Shown piece by piece: positions 29,182-37,799 of a stretch of 64,000 bases of DNA. The stretch lies in NCBI GenBank assembly GCA_963749075.1, contig CAVVLJ010000022.1, forward strand, positions 1 through 64,000. Reading direction: 5' to 3'. Position numbers and translations under genes: made by a program. The stretch is from an uncultured Pseudomonadota bacterium (GTDB lineage Bacteria; Pseudomonadota; Alphaproteobacteria; JACZXZ01). A model generated the notes under the pieces. It was not told where the DNA came from, searched no databases, and saw nothing but the letters and a program-made list of their open reading frames with translations. Numbering within the stretch: position 1 is the first letter of the stretch; the number at the start of each line of letters is the position of its first letter.

Positions 29182-29373
29182 GGCGAGCCTCCCGTCAAGC
29201 CTCGAAACGCCGCGCATGCCGATGCGGCAGCGCATTATCGCCCGAGCAGCATGGCGATGTCATGCCTCGCGCGATATCGGTTCACGCGCCAATGTCGGCC
29301 GCGCGCGCATGCGCCGCGAAGTGCTCGGCGTCCGGGCATATTGGCGCATCTGCCTCGGGAGGAGAGGCGGTTT

Positions 29374-30219
29374 TCAGAAGACGAGGAGGATCGGGCCGCC
29401 GAGCTCCGCGAGGAGGCGCTCGCGCGACTGACCGGCGGCGAGCGGCGTGTCGCCGCCGAGCACGAGGAGGCGCCGCCCGGAGCCGCGCAAGCGCACGCGC
29501 AGCTCGTTCTCGTCAGCGCTCGCGAGCGCCTCGATGCGGTAGCGCTCGATCCGCGGGCCGAGAATGGCGCGGGCCGCGGCCGCGAGCTCGCGGCGCGAGT
29601 CGCTGTCGCCGGCAAGGAGAAGGACGCCGAGGCTGCCCTCGGAGAGCTCGGCCAAGCGCATCGCCAGTCGAAGTGCTGCATGGCTGCCCTCGCTGCCGTC
29701 GAAGACGGCGACGAGGTGCCGCGGCAGCGGGGCCCCGCTCTCGGTCAGCAGGACGGAGCCGGCGAGGCCATGCGGCAGCTCGGCCGCCGCCGAGGCGGCC
29801 GGAAAGCCGCGAAGGCCGGCCGGGCTGCCGCCCTCGACGACGAGAAGGTCGGCCTCGGCCGCCGCCGCGGCGAGCGCCGTCCCCGCCCGGCCGCGCACGA
29901 TGTCAAAGGAGAAGGAGACCTTGCCGCGCCGCGCCGCCGCCTCGAAATCGCGTCGCGCGCGCGCCGCGAGGAGCGCCAGCTCGCGCTCCGCCGTCGCCAT
30001 GTCGAATGCCGCAGCACCGGCGCCCGTCATGGCGAAGCGCCGGACGAACGGCAAGGCGGCACAGCGCAGCAGATCCTCGTCCTCGATGAAGAGGCCGCGC
30101 ACCTCCGCTTGCAGCCGCTCGGCGAGCTCGATCGCGGTCTCGACTGCCGCCCGCGAGGCACCCGCGGCGTTGAGTGCCACAAGGATGCGGCGCAGCTCGC
30201 CCGCCTTCTCGCGCGTCAC
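29374..30219 (-). CDS. Universal stress protein-like (degenerate tandem USP)
   Basis: RRILVALNAAGASRAAVETAIELA, VAVFDGSEGSHAALRLA, GPILLV; overlaps the Lon gene stop. Confidence 0.75.
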   Translation of the reverse strand: MTREKAGELRRILVALNAAGASRAAVETAIELAERLQAEVRGLFIEDEDLLRCAALPFVRRFAMTGAGAAAFDMATAERELALLAARARRDFEAAARRGKVSFSFDIVRGRAGTALAAAAAEADLLVVEGGSPAGLRGFPAASAAAELPHGLAGSVLLTESGAPLPRHLVAVFDGSEGSHAALRLAMRLAELSEGSLGVLLLAGDSDSRRELAAAARAILGPRIERYRIEALASADENELRVRLRGSGRRLLVLGGDTPLAAGQSRERLLAELGGPILLVF

Positions 30220-32771
30220 GGCTCGTCTCCCGCACCGGCGGGCGGCGTCGGCGGGGGCGTGGGTGCGGGCAGGGGGGTGGGGATCGGCGGCTGCCGGCGC
30301 TCGTCGCCCCTCTCCTCGGCGCGGCCGAAGCGCCGCGCGGCATCGGCAAAGGCGGCGAGGCGCGCCTCGACCTTGCCGTTGATGCTGTCGGCCGGGTAGC
30401 GCCCTTCGGCGTCGGCGAGGCCGGCCGGGACGCCGGTCAAGAGCGCGATGCCCTGGTCGATGGTCTCGACGGCGAAGATGCGGAACTTGCCGGCCTCAAC
30501 CGCGTCCACCACGTCCCGGCGCAGCATGAGGTGCTTGACGTTGGCGGCCGGGATGAGCACGCCCTGGCTGCCGTTGAGGCCCGCCGCCGTGCACACGTCG
30601 AAGAAGCCTTCGATCTTCTCGTTGACGCCGCCGATCGCCTGCACCCGGCCGAGCTGGTCGACCGAGCCGGTGACGGCGAACGACTGCTGGATCGGCACGT
30701 CGGCGAGGGCGGAGAGGATGGCGTAGAGCTCGGTCGAGGAGGCGCTGTCGCCGTCCACCCCGCCGTAGGACTGCTCGAACACCAGGCTGGCGTTGAGCGA
30801 GAGCGGCTTCTCCGGGGCGTAGCGGGCCGAGAGATAGCTCGAGAGGATGAGCACGCCCTTGGAATGGAGCGGCCCGCCGAGGGCGACCTCGCGCTCGATG
30901 TCGACGAGCTGGCCGCGGCCGAGGCGCACGCGCGCCGTGATGCGTGCCGGCTGGCCGAAGGCGAAGCCGTCGAGCTGGAGGACGGAGAGCGCGTTCACCT
31001 GGCCGACCACCGCACCCTCGGTGTCGATCACGATGGTGCGGCGCTGGATCTCCTCGTAGATGCGCTCGCGGATGCGGTCCGAGCGCCGCGTCCGCGCCGC
31101 GATGGCGCCCTCGACGTGGGCGGCCGCGATGCGCGCGGTGCCGTCCTGGCCGGCGCGGAAGTCGGCCTCGCGCATGAGGTCCGCGATGCTCTCGAGGTGG
31201 GTGGTGAGGCGCTCGGAATCCTCCGCGAGCCGGGCCGCGCGGTCGATCACGCGCGCGACGGCACCGCGCTCGAGCGGCCTGAGCTTCTCCTGGCGCGCCA
31301 CCGTCGCGATCATGCGCGCGTAGAGCATGCGGTTGGCGTCGGTCAGCACGAGGCGGTCGTTGAAGTCGGCGGGAACCTTGAAGAGCTCCTGGAATTCGGG
31401 ATCGTAGCGGCTGAGCGCGTAGTACAGCATGCGCTCGCCGAGCAGCACGAGCTTGACCTCGAGCGGGATGGCCTCGGGCTCGAGCGAGACGGTGCTCACC
31501 AGGCCGAGGAGCTGGCCGATCGACTGGATGCGCAGCAGGCCCGCGCGGATGGTGCGCTTGAGCTCCTCCCAGGCATAGGGCTGCATGAGAATGCGCCGCA
31601 CGTCGAGCACGAGATAGCCGCCGTTGGCGCGGTGGAGCGCACCTCCCTTGATCAGATTGAAATCGGTGACGAGGGTGCCGAACTGCGCCACATGCTCGAT
31701 CCTGCCGACGAGGTTCTCGTAGGAGGGATAATCCTCGAACACGACCGGAGCGCCCTTGCCCGCCTCGTGCGCGACCACGACGTTGACGCGGTAGCGGCGG
31801 AAGAGGCCGTCCTCGGACGGGCCCTGAAGTGCCGCACCCGGGGGCGGGCCGCCCATCTCGGGCGGCGCCGGGCGGCGGAGGAAGAGGTCCGCATTGTCCA
31901 TGACGTCCGCCTCGACCGCGGCGAGGTAGCTGAGCGCCGCGGGGAGGTCGCGGTAGCGCGCGCGCGCTTCGTCCATGAGGTGGCGGACCGCGAAGCCGAG
32001 GACCTCGCGGTTGAGCTCGCGCAGCCGGTTGCGCTGCTCGCGCTCCCAAAGCGGCACTTGTGCCACGAGGGCCTGGAGCTCGTTCTCCAGCGCCGCGAGG
32101 TCGCTCTGGATGCGCGTGCGCTCGTCTGGCGCCAGCTTCTCGAAATCGGCGGGATTGATCACCTCGCCCTCGCGCACCGGGGCCAGGGCCAGCCCCATGG
32201 GCGTGCGGATGAGGCCGATGCCCTTCGACATCGCCTTCTGCTGGAGGCCTTGGAAGGCCTCCTCGTGGCGGCGCTTGAACTCCTCCTCGATCACCGCCCT
32301 GCGCGTGCGGTATTCCTCGCTCTCGAAGGCGGCGGGGATGGCGGCCTTGAGCTCGTCCGCGAAGCTCTGCACGTCGTCGCGGAAGGCGGCGGCACGGCCG
32401 GCCGGCAGCCGCAGCGCCGCGGGCTTGCGCGCATCGGCGAAGTTGTTGACGTAGCACCAATCGTCGGGCACGGGCTCGCGTGCCGCCTGCTCGTCGAGTG
32501 CCTGGCGCACGAGATGCTCCTTGCCCACCCCGCTCGGGCCGAGGGCGAAGACGTTGAAGCCCGGCCGCTTGATGCCGACGCCGAAGCGCAGCGCCTCGAC
32601 CGCGCGCTCCTGCCCGATGATGCCGGCGAGCTCCTCGAGCTCCTCGGTGCTCTCGAAGGGCAGGCACTGGGGATCGCAGCAGCGGCAAAGCGCCGCCGGC
32701 GGCAAGGGCTGCAGTGCCGCGGCGTCGCGCCCGGCTGCCGGCGGCCTGCTCGATGGGGTTTCAGGCTCCAT
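30216..32771 (-). CDS. Lon-family protease, LonC/AAA_32 type
   Basis: IIGQERA, GPSGVGK, GALHRANGGYL, catalytic Ser in DGDSAS and Lys in GGVNEKIEGF. Confidence 0.9.
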   Translation of the reverse strand: MEPETPSSRPPAAGRDAAALQPLPPAALCRCCDPQCLPFESTEELEELAGIIGQERAVEALRFGVGIKRPGFNVFALGPSGVGKEHLVRQALDEQAAREPVPDDWCYVNNFADARKPAALRLPAGRAAAFRDDVQSFADELKAAIPAAFESEEYRTRRAVIEEEFKRRHEEAFQGLQQKAMSKGIGLIRTPMGLALAPVREGEVINPADFEKLAPDERTRIQSDLAALENELQALVAQVPLWEREQRNRLRELNREVLGFAVRHLMDEARARYRDLPAALSYLAAVEADVMDNADLFLRRPAPPEMGGPPPGAALQGPSEDGLFRRYRVNVVVAHEAGKGAPVVFEDYPSYENLVGRIEHVAQFGTLVTDFNLIKGGALHRANGGYLVLDVRRILMQPYAWEELKRTIRAGLLRIQSIGQLLGLVSTVSLEPEAIPLEVKLVLLGERMLYYALSRYDPEFQELFKVPADFNDRLVLTDANRMLYARMIATVARQEKLRPLERGAVARVIDRAARLAEDSERLTTHLESIADLMREADFRAGQDGTARIAAAHVEGAIAARTRRSDRIRERIYEEIQRRTIVIDTEGAVVGQVNALSVLQLDGFAFGQPARITARVRLGRGQLVDIEREVALGGPLHSKGVLILSSYLSARYAPEKPLSLNASLVFEQSYGGVDGDSASSTELYAILSALADVPIQQSFAVTGSVDQLGRVQAIGGVNEKIEGFFDVCTAAGLNGSQGVLIPAANVKHLMLRRDVVDAVEAGKFRIFAVETIDQGIALLTGVPAGLADAEGRYPADSINGKVEARLAAFADAARRFGRAEERGDERRQPPIPTPLPAPTPPPTPPAGAGDEP

Positions 32772-32837
32772 GCGCTCTCTCGGCGAGGATATTAGGTGAT
32801 ATGCCGGGCGGATTAAAGCAGCCCGGCGGCGCGGCAA

Positions 32838-32851
32838 TTGCATGAGGTCAA
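32838..32851. promoter_or_regulatory. FixK/FNR-type box between divergent lon and pat
   Basis: TTGC-ATGAGG-TCAA fits TTG(A/C)-N6-(T/G)CAA; TATGTT lies ~30 nt downstream of the centre on the plus strand. Confidence 0.6.
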
Positions 32852-32921
32852 TTGGGCGGCAGCGGCCGCGATGCTATGTTCGTCACGAAATGGCGGCAGG
32901 CTGCGCGCGAGGATTCCCCGC

Positions 32922-35627
32922 ATGACCATTCGCAATCTCCAGTCGATGTTCCAGCCGCGCTCCGTCGCCCTGGTCGGCGCGAGCGAGCGCCCCGGATCGG
33001 TCGGCGAGGTGCTCGCGCGCAACCTGGTCCGCACGGGCTTCGCCGGGCCGATCATGCCGGTCAACCCCAAGCACCAGGCGATCCAGGGCGTGCTCGCCTA
33101 TCGCAGCGTCGCCGAGCTGCCGATCGCACCGGACCTCGGGGTCATCTGCACGCCGCCCGAAGCGGTGCCGGGGATCGTAGCCGATCTCGCCAAGCGCGGC
33201 GCCAAGGCCGCGGTGGTCATCACCGCCGGCTTCGGAGAGGGCGAGGACCGGCTCGGGGCCAGCCTGCGCCACGACATGCTCGAGGCGGCGCGCCCGCATC
33301 TCCTGCGCGTCGTCGGGCCCAACTGCCTCGGCATCCTGGTGCCCGGCATCAAGCTCAATGCCAGCTTCGCCCATCTCTCGCCGCTCGCGGGCGACCTCGC
33401 CTTCGTGGCGCAGTCGGGGGCCATGGTGACCTCGCTCATCGATTGGGCGACGCCGCGCGACATCGGCTTCTCGCACCTCGTCTCGCTCGGCGACATGACC
33501 GACGTCGACTTCGGCGACATGCTCGACTACCTCGCGGGCGATAGCGGCACGCGCGCCATCCTGCTCTACGTCGAGGGCATCACCGCGGCGCGCAAATTCA
33601 TGTCGGCGGCGCGCATCGCCGGGCGCTCCAAGCCCATCATCGTGGTCAAGGCCGGCCGGCGCGCGGAAGGCGCCAAGGCGGCAAGCTCCCACACGGGCGC
33701 CATGGCCGGCTCCGACGCGGTCTACGATGCCGCCTTCCGCCGCGCCGGCATGCTGCGGGTCTACGAGTTCGACGAGCTGTTCGACGCCGCGGAGACGCTG
33801 GCGCTCTGCCGCCCGAGCGAAGGCGACCGACTTGCCATCCTGACCAACGGCGGCGGCGTCGGCGTGATGGCGACCGACAGCCTGATCGAGGGCGGCGGCC
33901 GGCTCGCCCAGCTCTCCGCGGAGACCTTGGCAAAGCTCGACAAGGCGCTGCCGCGCACCTGGTCCCACGGCAACCCGGTCGACATCATCGGCGACGCACC
34001 GCCCGAGCGCTACAAGGCGGCACTCACCGCCCTCCTCGAGGACAGGGGGGTCGATGCCGTGCTGGCGCTCAACTGCCCGACCGCGGTCGCCTCCTCGACC
34101 GAGGCGGCGCGGGCGGTGATCGAGGCCGCGGCCGGGCGGCGCCGCAATCTCTTCACGAGCTGGGTCGGCGAAAGGGCGGTTGCCGAGGGGCGGCGGCTCT
34201 TCGCCGCGGCGCGCATCCCGAGCTACGGGGCGCCGAACCAGGCGGTGCGCGCCTTTCTCAACATGGTGCAATACCAGCGCAACCAGAAGCTCCTCATGGA
34301 GGTGCCGCCCTCGGTCCCCCAGCATTTCTCCCCCGACCACGCCGTGGCGCGGCGCCTGATCGAGACGGCGCTCGCCGCCGGGCGCGAGTGGCTCAGCGAG
34401 CCCGAGGCCAAGGAGATGCTCGACGCCTACCGCATCCCGGCGGTGCCCACGCGCGTCGCGCGCACGGCGGAGGAGGCGGCGGCCGCCGCCGCCGCCTTCG
34501 ATGCGCGGGCGGCGCTCAAGATCCTGTCGCCGGACATCACCCACAAGAGCGACGTGGGCGGCGTCGCCCTCGACCTCGAGACGCCCGAGGCCGTGCGGCA
34601 GGCGGCGGAGACGATGCTGAAGCGGCTCGGCGAGAGCCATCCCAAGGCGCGCATCGAGGGCTTCACCGTCGAGCCCATGGTGTCGCGTCCGGGCGCCTAC
34701 GAGCTCATCCTCGGCATGAGCGTGGACAGCCAGTTCGGACCCGTCCTGCTCTTCGGCCACGGCGGCACCGGGACGGAGGTGATCGGCGACACGGCGCTGG
34801 CGCTGGCTCCGCTCAACATGGCGCTGGCCCGCGAGCTGATGTCGCGCACGCGCATCGTCCGCCTGCTCCAGGGCTTCCGCAGCAATCCGCCGGCGGCACT
34901 CGATGCGATCGCCTTGACGCTGGTGAAGATCTCGCAGCTCGCCGTCGACCTTGCCGAGGTCGTGGAGCTCGATATCAATCCGCTCTACGCCGATGCGGAC
35001 GGCGTGGTGGCGCTCGATGCCCGCATCCGCGTGCGGCCCTCGAGCGGGAGTGCCGCGGCCCGGCTCGCGATCAGGCCCTATCCGAGCGAGCTCGAGGAGA
35101 GCATCACCGCTCCCGACGGCCGCGCCTTCGCGCTGCGGCCGGTGGTGCCCGAGGATGCCCCGGCCATCGTCGCCTTCTTCGCCGAGCTCGAGCCGGAGGA
35201 CGTGCGGCTGCGCTTCTTCGCGCCCATGAAAGCGCTGTCGCCCGTCCTCCTCGCGCGCTTGACGCAGATCGACTACGACCGCGAGATGGCCTTGGTACTG
35301 TGCGCGCCGGGCCGGCCGCCGGGCGACGGCGAAATCTACGGCGTGGTGCGTATTGCCGCGGACCCCGACAACGAGAAGGCCGAATATGCCGTCACCGTGC
35401 GCAGCGATCTCAAGGGCCACGGGCTCGGCCTCATGCTCATGCGCCGCATGATCGCCTATGCCCGCGGGCGCGGCATCCGCCTTTTGCACGGCGACGTGCT
35501 GCGCGAGAACACGCTCATGCTCGCCGTGTGCCGCGAGCTCGGCTTCGCCTTCGAGAGCATGCCCGGCGAGGCCGAAATCGTGCGCGTGTCGTGCGATCTC
35601 ACGCGGGCGGCGTCGCCCGCCGCATAG
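32922..35627 (+). CDS. Acetate-CoA ligase-like/GNAT protein lysine acetyltransferase (Pat/Pka type)
   Basis: PRSVALVGAS, VVGPNCLG, SHTGAMAG, HKSDVGGV, C-terminal GNAT domain LTQIDYDREMA...KGHGLG. Confidence 0.92.
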   Translation: MTIRNLQSMFQPRSVALVGASERPGSVGEVLARNLVRTGFAGPIMPVNPKHQAIQGVLAYRSVAELPIAPDLGVICTPPEAVPGIVADLAKRGAKAAVVITAGFGEGEDRLGASLRHDMLEAARPHLLRVVGPNCLGILVPGIKLNASFAHLSPLAGDLAFVAQSGAMVTSLIDWATPRDIGFSHLVSLGDMTDVDFGDMLDYLAGDSGTRAILLYVEGITAARKFMSAARIAGRSKPIIVVKAGRRAEGAKAASSHTGAMAGSDAVYDAAFRRAGMLRVYEFDELFDAAETLALCRPSEGDRLAILTNGGGVGVMATDSLIEGGGRLAQLSAETLAKLDKALPRTWSHGNPVDIIGDAPPERYKAALTALLEDRGVDAVLALNCPTAVASSTEAARAVIEAAAGRRRNLFTSWVGERAVAEGRRLFAAARIPSYGAPNQAVRAFLNMVQYQRNQKLLMEVPPSVPQHFSPDHAVARRLIETALAAGREWLSEPEAKEMLDAYRIPAVPTRVARTAEEAAAAAAAFDARAALKILSPDITHKSDVGGVALDLETPEAVRQAAETMLKRLGESHPKARIEGFTVEPMVSRPGAYELILGMSVDSQFGPVLLFGHGGTGTEVIGDTALALAPLNMALARELMSRTRIVRLLQGFRSNPPAALDAIALTLVKISQLAVDLAEVVELDINPLYADADGVVALDARIRVRPSSGSAAARLAIRPYPSELEESITAPDGRAFALRPVVPEDAPAIVAFFAELEPEDVRLRFFAPMKALSPVLLARLTQIDYDREMALVLCAPGRPPGDGEIYGVVRIAADPDNEKAEYAVTVRSDLKGHGLGLMLMRRMIAYARGRGIRLLHGDVLRENTLMLAVCRELGFAFESMPGEAEIVRVSCDLTRAASPAA

Positions 35628-35794
35628 CCGGGCGCCGGCGCTGCCGCCTCGCGGTCCCGCATGTCACAAACCGTCACAATTTGTCGCCCATTGGCACCAA
35701 AATACCACTGCGTCGGCATCAGCGTGTGACAATCGCCGGTTATGACTTCCTCCGCGGGCAGGTTCGACTGTCCGGCCGAAACGGAGGATCAACG

Positions 35795-36511
35795 ATGTAT
35801 GCACAAGCCATCGCCAGCGCGCCGCGGACCGTCGATTTCGCCAATCTTGCCCTCTGCCGGGGGCTGGGGCGTCAGGCGGCCAGCAACGTCGTCGCCGTCA
35901 GCACGCTCGTCAGGTTCGTTGCGGGGAAGACCGTCTTCGCCGAGGGCGACGAGGCGGCCGGCGTCTACGAGGTCGTGCGCGGCACGCTCAAGCTCTACAA
36001 GCTCCTTTCGGACGGGCGTCGCCAGATCACCGGCTTCCTCTCGGCCGGTCACCTGCTCGGCCTGGCCTACGGCGAGCACTATCTCTATACGGCCGAGGCC
36101 GTCACCGAGGTCACGCTCTGCCGCTACGCACGGGCGCGCTTCGACCGCCTCATCGAGGAGGTTCCCGGCCTCGCCCGCATTCTGCTGGCGGCCACGTCCG
36201 ACGAGCTGCGCGCGGCGCAGGACCAGATGCTCCTCCTCGGCCGCAAGGACGCCATGGAGAAGATCGCGAGCTTTCTTCTCATGATGGCCGAGCGGCATTC
36301 GCCGCAAGGCGACGGAGACGAGATTCTCGTGCCCATGGGGCGCAGCGACATCGCCGACTATCTCGGGCTCACGACCGAGACCGTGAGCAGGACGCTCACC
36401 CGGCTCAAGCGCGAAGGGACGATCGAGCTGCCGACCGCGGTGCGCATCACGCTCTCGGACCGTGATCGCCTCGAGGAGCTCGCGGCCGGCGAAACGGACG
36501 AGCGCCTGTGA
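35795..36511 (+). CDS. Crp/Fnr family regulator, FixK-like
   Basis: DGRRQITGF, LLLGRKDAMEKIASFL, HTH MGRSDIADYLGLTTETVSR; no N-terminal FNR Cys cluster; GGAGG RBS. Confidence 0.9.
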   Translation: MYAQAIASAPRTVDFANLALCRGLGRQAASNVVAVSTLVRFVAGKTVFAEGDEAAGVYEVVRGTLKLYKLLSDGRRQITGFLSAGHLLGLAYGEHYLYTAEAVTEVTLCRYARARFDRLIEEVPGLARILLAATSDELRAAQDQMLLLGRKDAMEKIASFLLMMAERHSPQGDGDEILVPMGRSDIADYLGLTTETVSRTLTRLKREGTIELPTAVRITLSDRDRLEELAAGETDERL

Positions 36512-36990
36512 GCGAAGGCCCGCTCGAGAGAATTCCCATGAGAAGATCCAACCCAGCGCACGCCGCGCGTAGCGGCAATGGCAGCCGGCTCTCGAGCGCC
36601 GCGGCGGAGCATGGCGCGCCCTATGCGGGCCTGCGGGCGCTGGTGGTCGAGGCCGACGTGGGCACGCGCCGGCTGTGCGAGGAACAGCTGGGAGTCCTGG
36701 GCTTTACCGTCTCTGCGGTCGAGACGGGCGTGGCCGGCGTCGCCGCGGCCCGCGTCCAGGCGCCGGACGTCATTCTCGTCGATCTGCAATTGCGCGACGT
36801 GCCCGGACTCGAGCTTGCGGGATGGCTGCGCGCAAATCCGGCGCTCGCCGCCACGCCCATCATCGCCATCAATGCACTTGCCCCTGCCGACGGTGCCCGC
36901 GGCCTGGCCGAGCGCGGTATCGAGCTCGTCCTGAGAAAGCCGCTCTCCGCGGCCGCGGTCGAGCGCGCCGTCCGCCGCGCCCTCGGCTAA
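36508..36990 (+). CDS. Single-domain response regulator receiver
   Basis: LVVEAD, PDVILVDLQL, PIIAINA, LRKP. Confidence 0.8.
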   Translation: MSEGPLERIPMRRSNPAHAARSGNGSRLSSAAAEHGAPYAGLRALVVEADVGTRRLCEEQLGVLGFTVSAVETGVAGVAAARVQAPDVILVDLQLRDVPGLELAGWLRANPALAATPIIAINALAPADGARGLAERGIELVLRKPLSAAAVERAVRRALG

Positions 36991-37042
36991 GGAGAGGCGC
37001 CGCGGAAAAGCGCCGGACGGGAGGGCCGCCGCCTCCGCGGCA

Positions 37043-37056
37043 TTGATCTATATCAT
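37043..37056 (+). promoter_or_regulatory. FixK/FNR box upstream of the phasin
   Basis: TTGAT-CTAT-ATCAT; -10-like TAGCCT at 37079-37084, the class II spacing. Confidence 0.7.
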
Positions 37057-37183
37057 AGGCGAGGCCGCCTTTCGGGATTAGCCTTCATTTTAGGCAAGCG
37101 CTGAGCAGCGCGCTTGCGGCCTCGGGCGGCCTCCTGGAGGCGGCGGCGGGGCGATCCGGCAACATTCAGCAAGGAGGCGGACA

Positions 37184-37588
37184 ATGACAAAGGAGTCAGC
37201 GGCCGCTACGCCCCGACGCGAGAGCAAGGTCGTACCCTGGGGCGATTTCGAGGCCTTTTCCGGCATGAACCAACGGCTCATCGACAATGCGGCCAAAAGC
37301 CACGCGGCGATGGTCGACGGCATGTCCAAGCTGTACGAGGAGATGAGCGGCCTCGTGGAGACGCGCGTGCGCGAGGACATGTCGGCCTATGAGGAACTCA
37401 TGCGCTGCCGTACGCCGGGCGATTTCTTCGCCTGCGAGCGGCAATTCGTCGAGCGGGCGACGGCGCAGTACCTCGAGGCCGCGGGCCAAATGGCGGCACT
37501 GACGGCGCGCGTCGCGGGTGCGGCCTGGGCACCCTTGAACGCGAGCGCCGGCACGCCCGAGGCGCGCCAGGGAGCGAAGTCCTCTTAA
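37184..37588 (+). CDS. Phasin (Phasin_2-like)
   Basis: ELMRCRTPGDFFACERQFVERA helical motif; adjacent to phaC; AAGGAGG RBS. Confidence 0.75.
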   Translation: MTKESAAATPRRESKVVPWGDFEAFSGMNQRLIDNAAKSHAAMVDGMSKLYEEMSGLVETRVREDMSAYEELMRCRTPGDFFACERQFVERATAQYLEAAGQMAALTARVAGAAWAPLNASAGTPEARQGAKSS

Positions 37589-37622
37589 GGCTCCGGCGCA
37601 TCGGAGACGCCCGCCGGCGGGG

Positions 37623-37636
37623 TTGATCTGGATCAA
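37623..37636. promoter_or_regulatory. Perfect FNR/FixK box in the convergent phasin-phaC gap
   Basis: TTGAT-CTGG-ATCAA. Confidence 0.75.
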
Positions 37637-37667
37637 TGCGGTCCCGGCCGGCGTCGATGTAGGGAAT

Positions 37668-37737
37668 GGGTCTCTCTGAGCCCTCCCCTGCAAGCCGGAG
37701 AGCCGGCGGCCGTACTTGCGGTCGCCGGATTTTTTTT
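37668..37737 (+). ncRNA. Candidate ~70-nt FixK-dependent sRNA
   Basis: Starts ~40 nt after the box centre; 5' hairpin, CCCTCCCC anti-SD tract, then an intrinsic terminator. Confidence 0.5.
37703..37737 (+). terminator. Rho-independent terminator
   Basis: CCGGCGGCCG-TACTTG-CGGTCGCCGG followed by ATTTTTTTT. Confidence 0.85.
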
Positions 37738-37799
37738 CGGGAGGAGAGGGCCGCCGAGCCGCCTCGCCGCCGAGGCGCAGTCTTGCCGGCGCGCCGCGC

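Noticed and set aside
35692-35712. sigma54 promoter upstream of the FixK-like gene (TGGCAC)
   Set aside because: No TTGC at the -12 position (the sequence reads TGGCAC-CAAAA-TACC).
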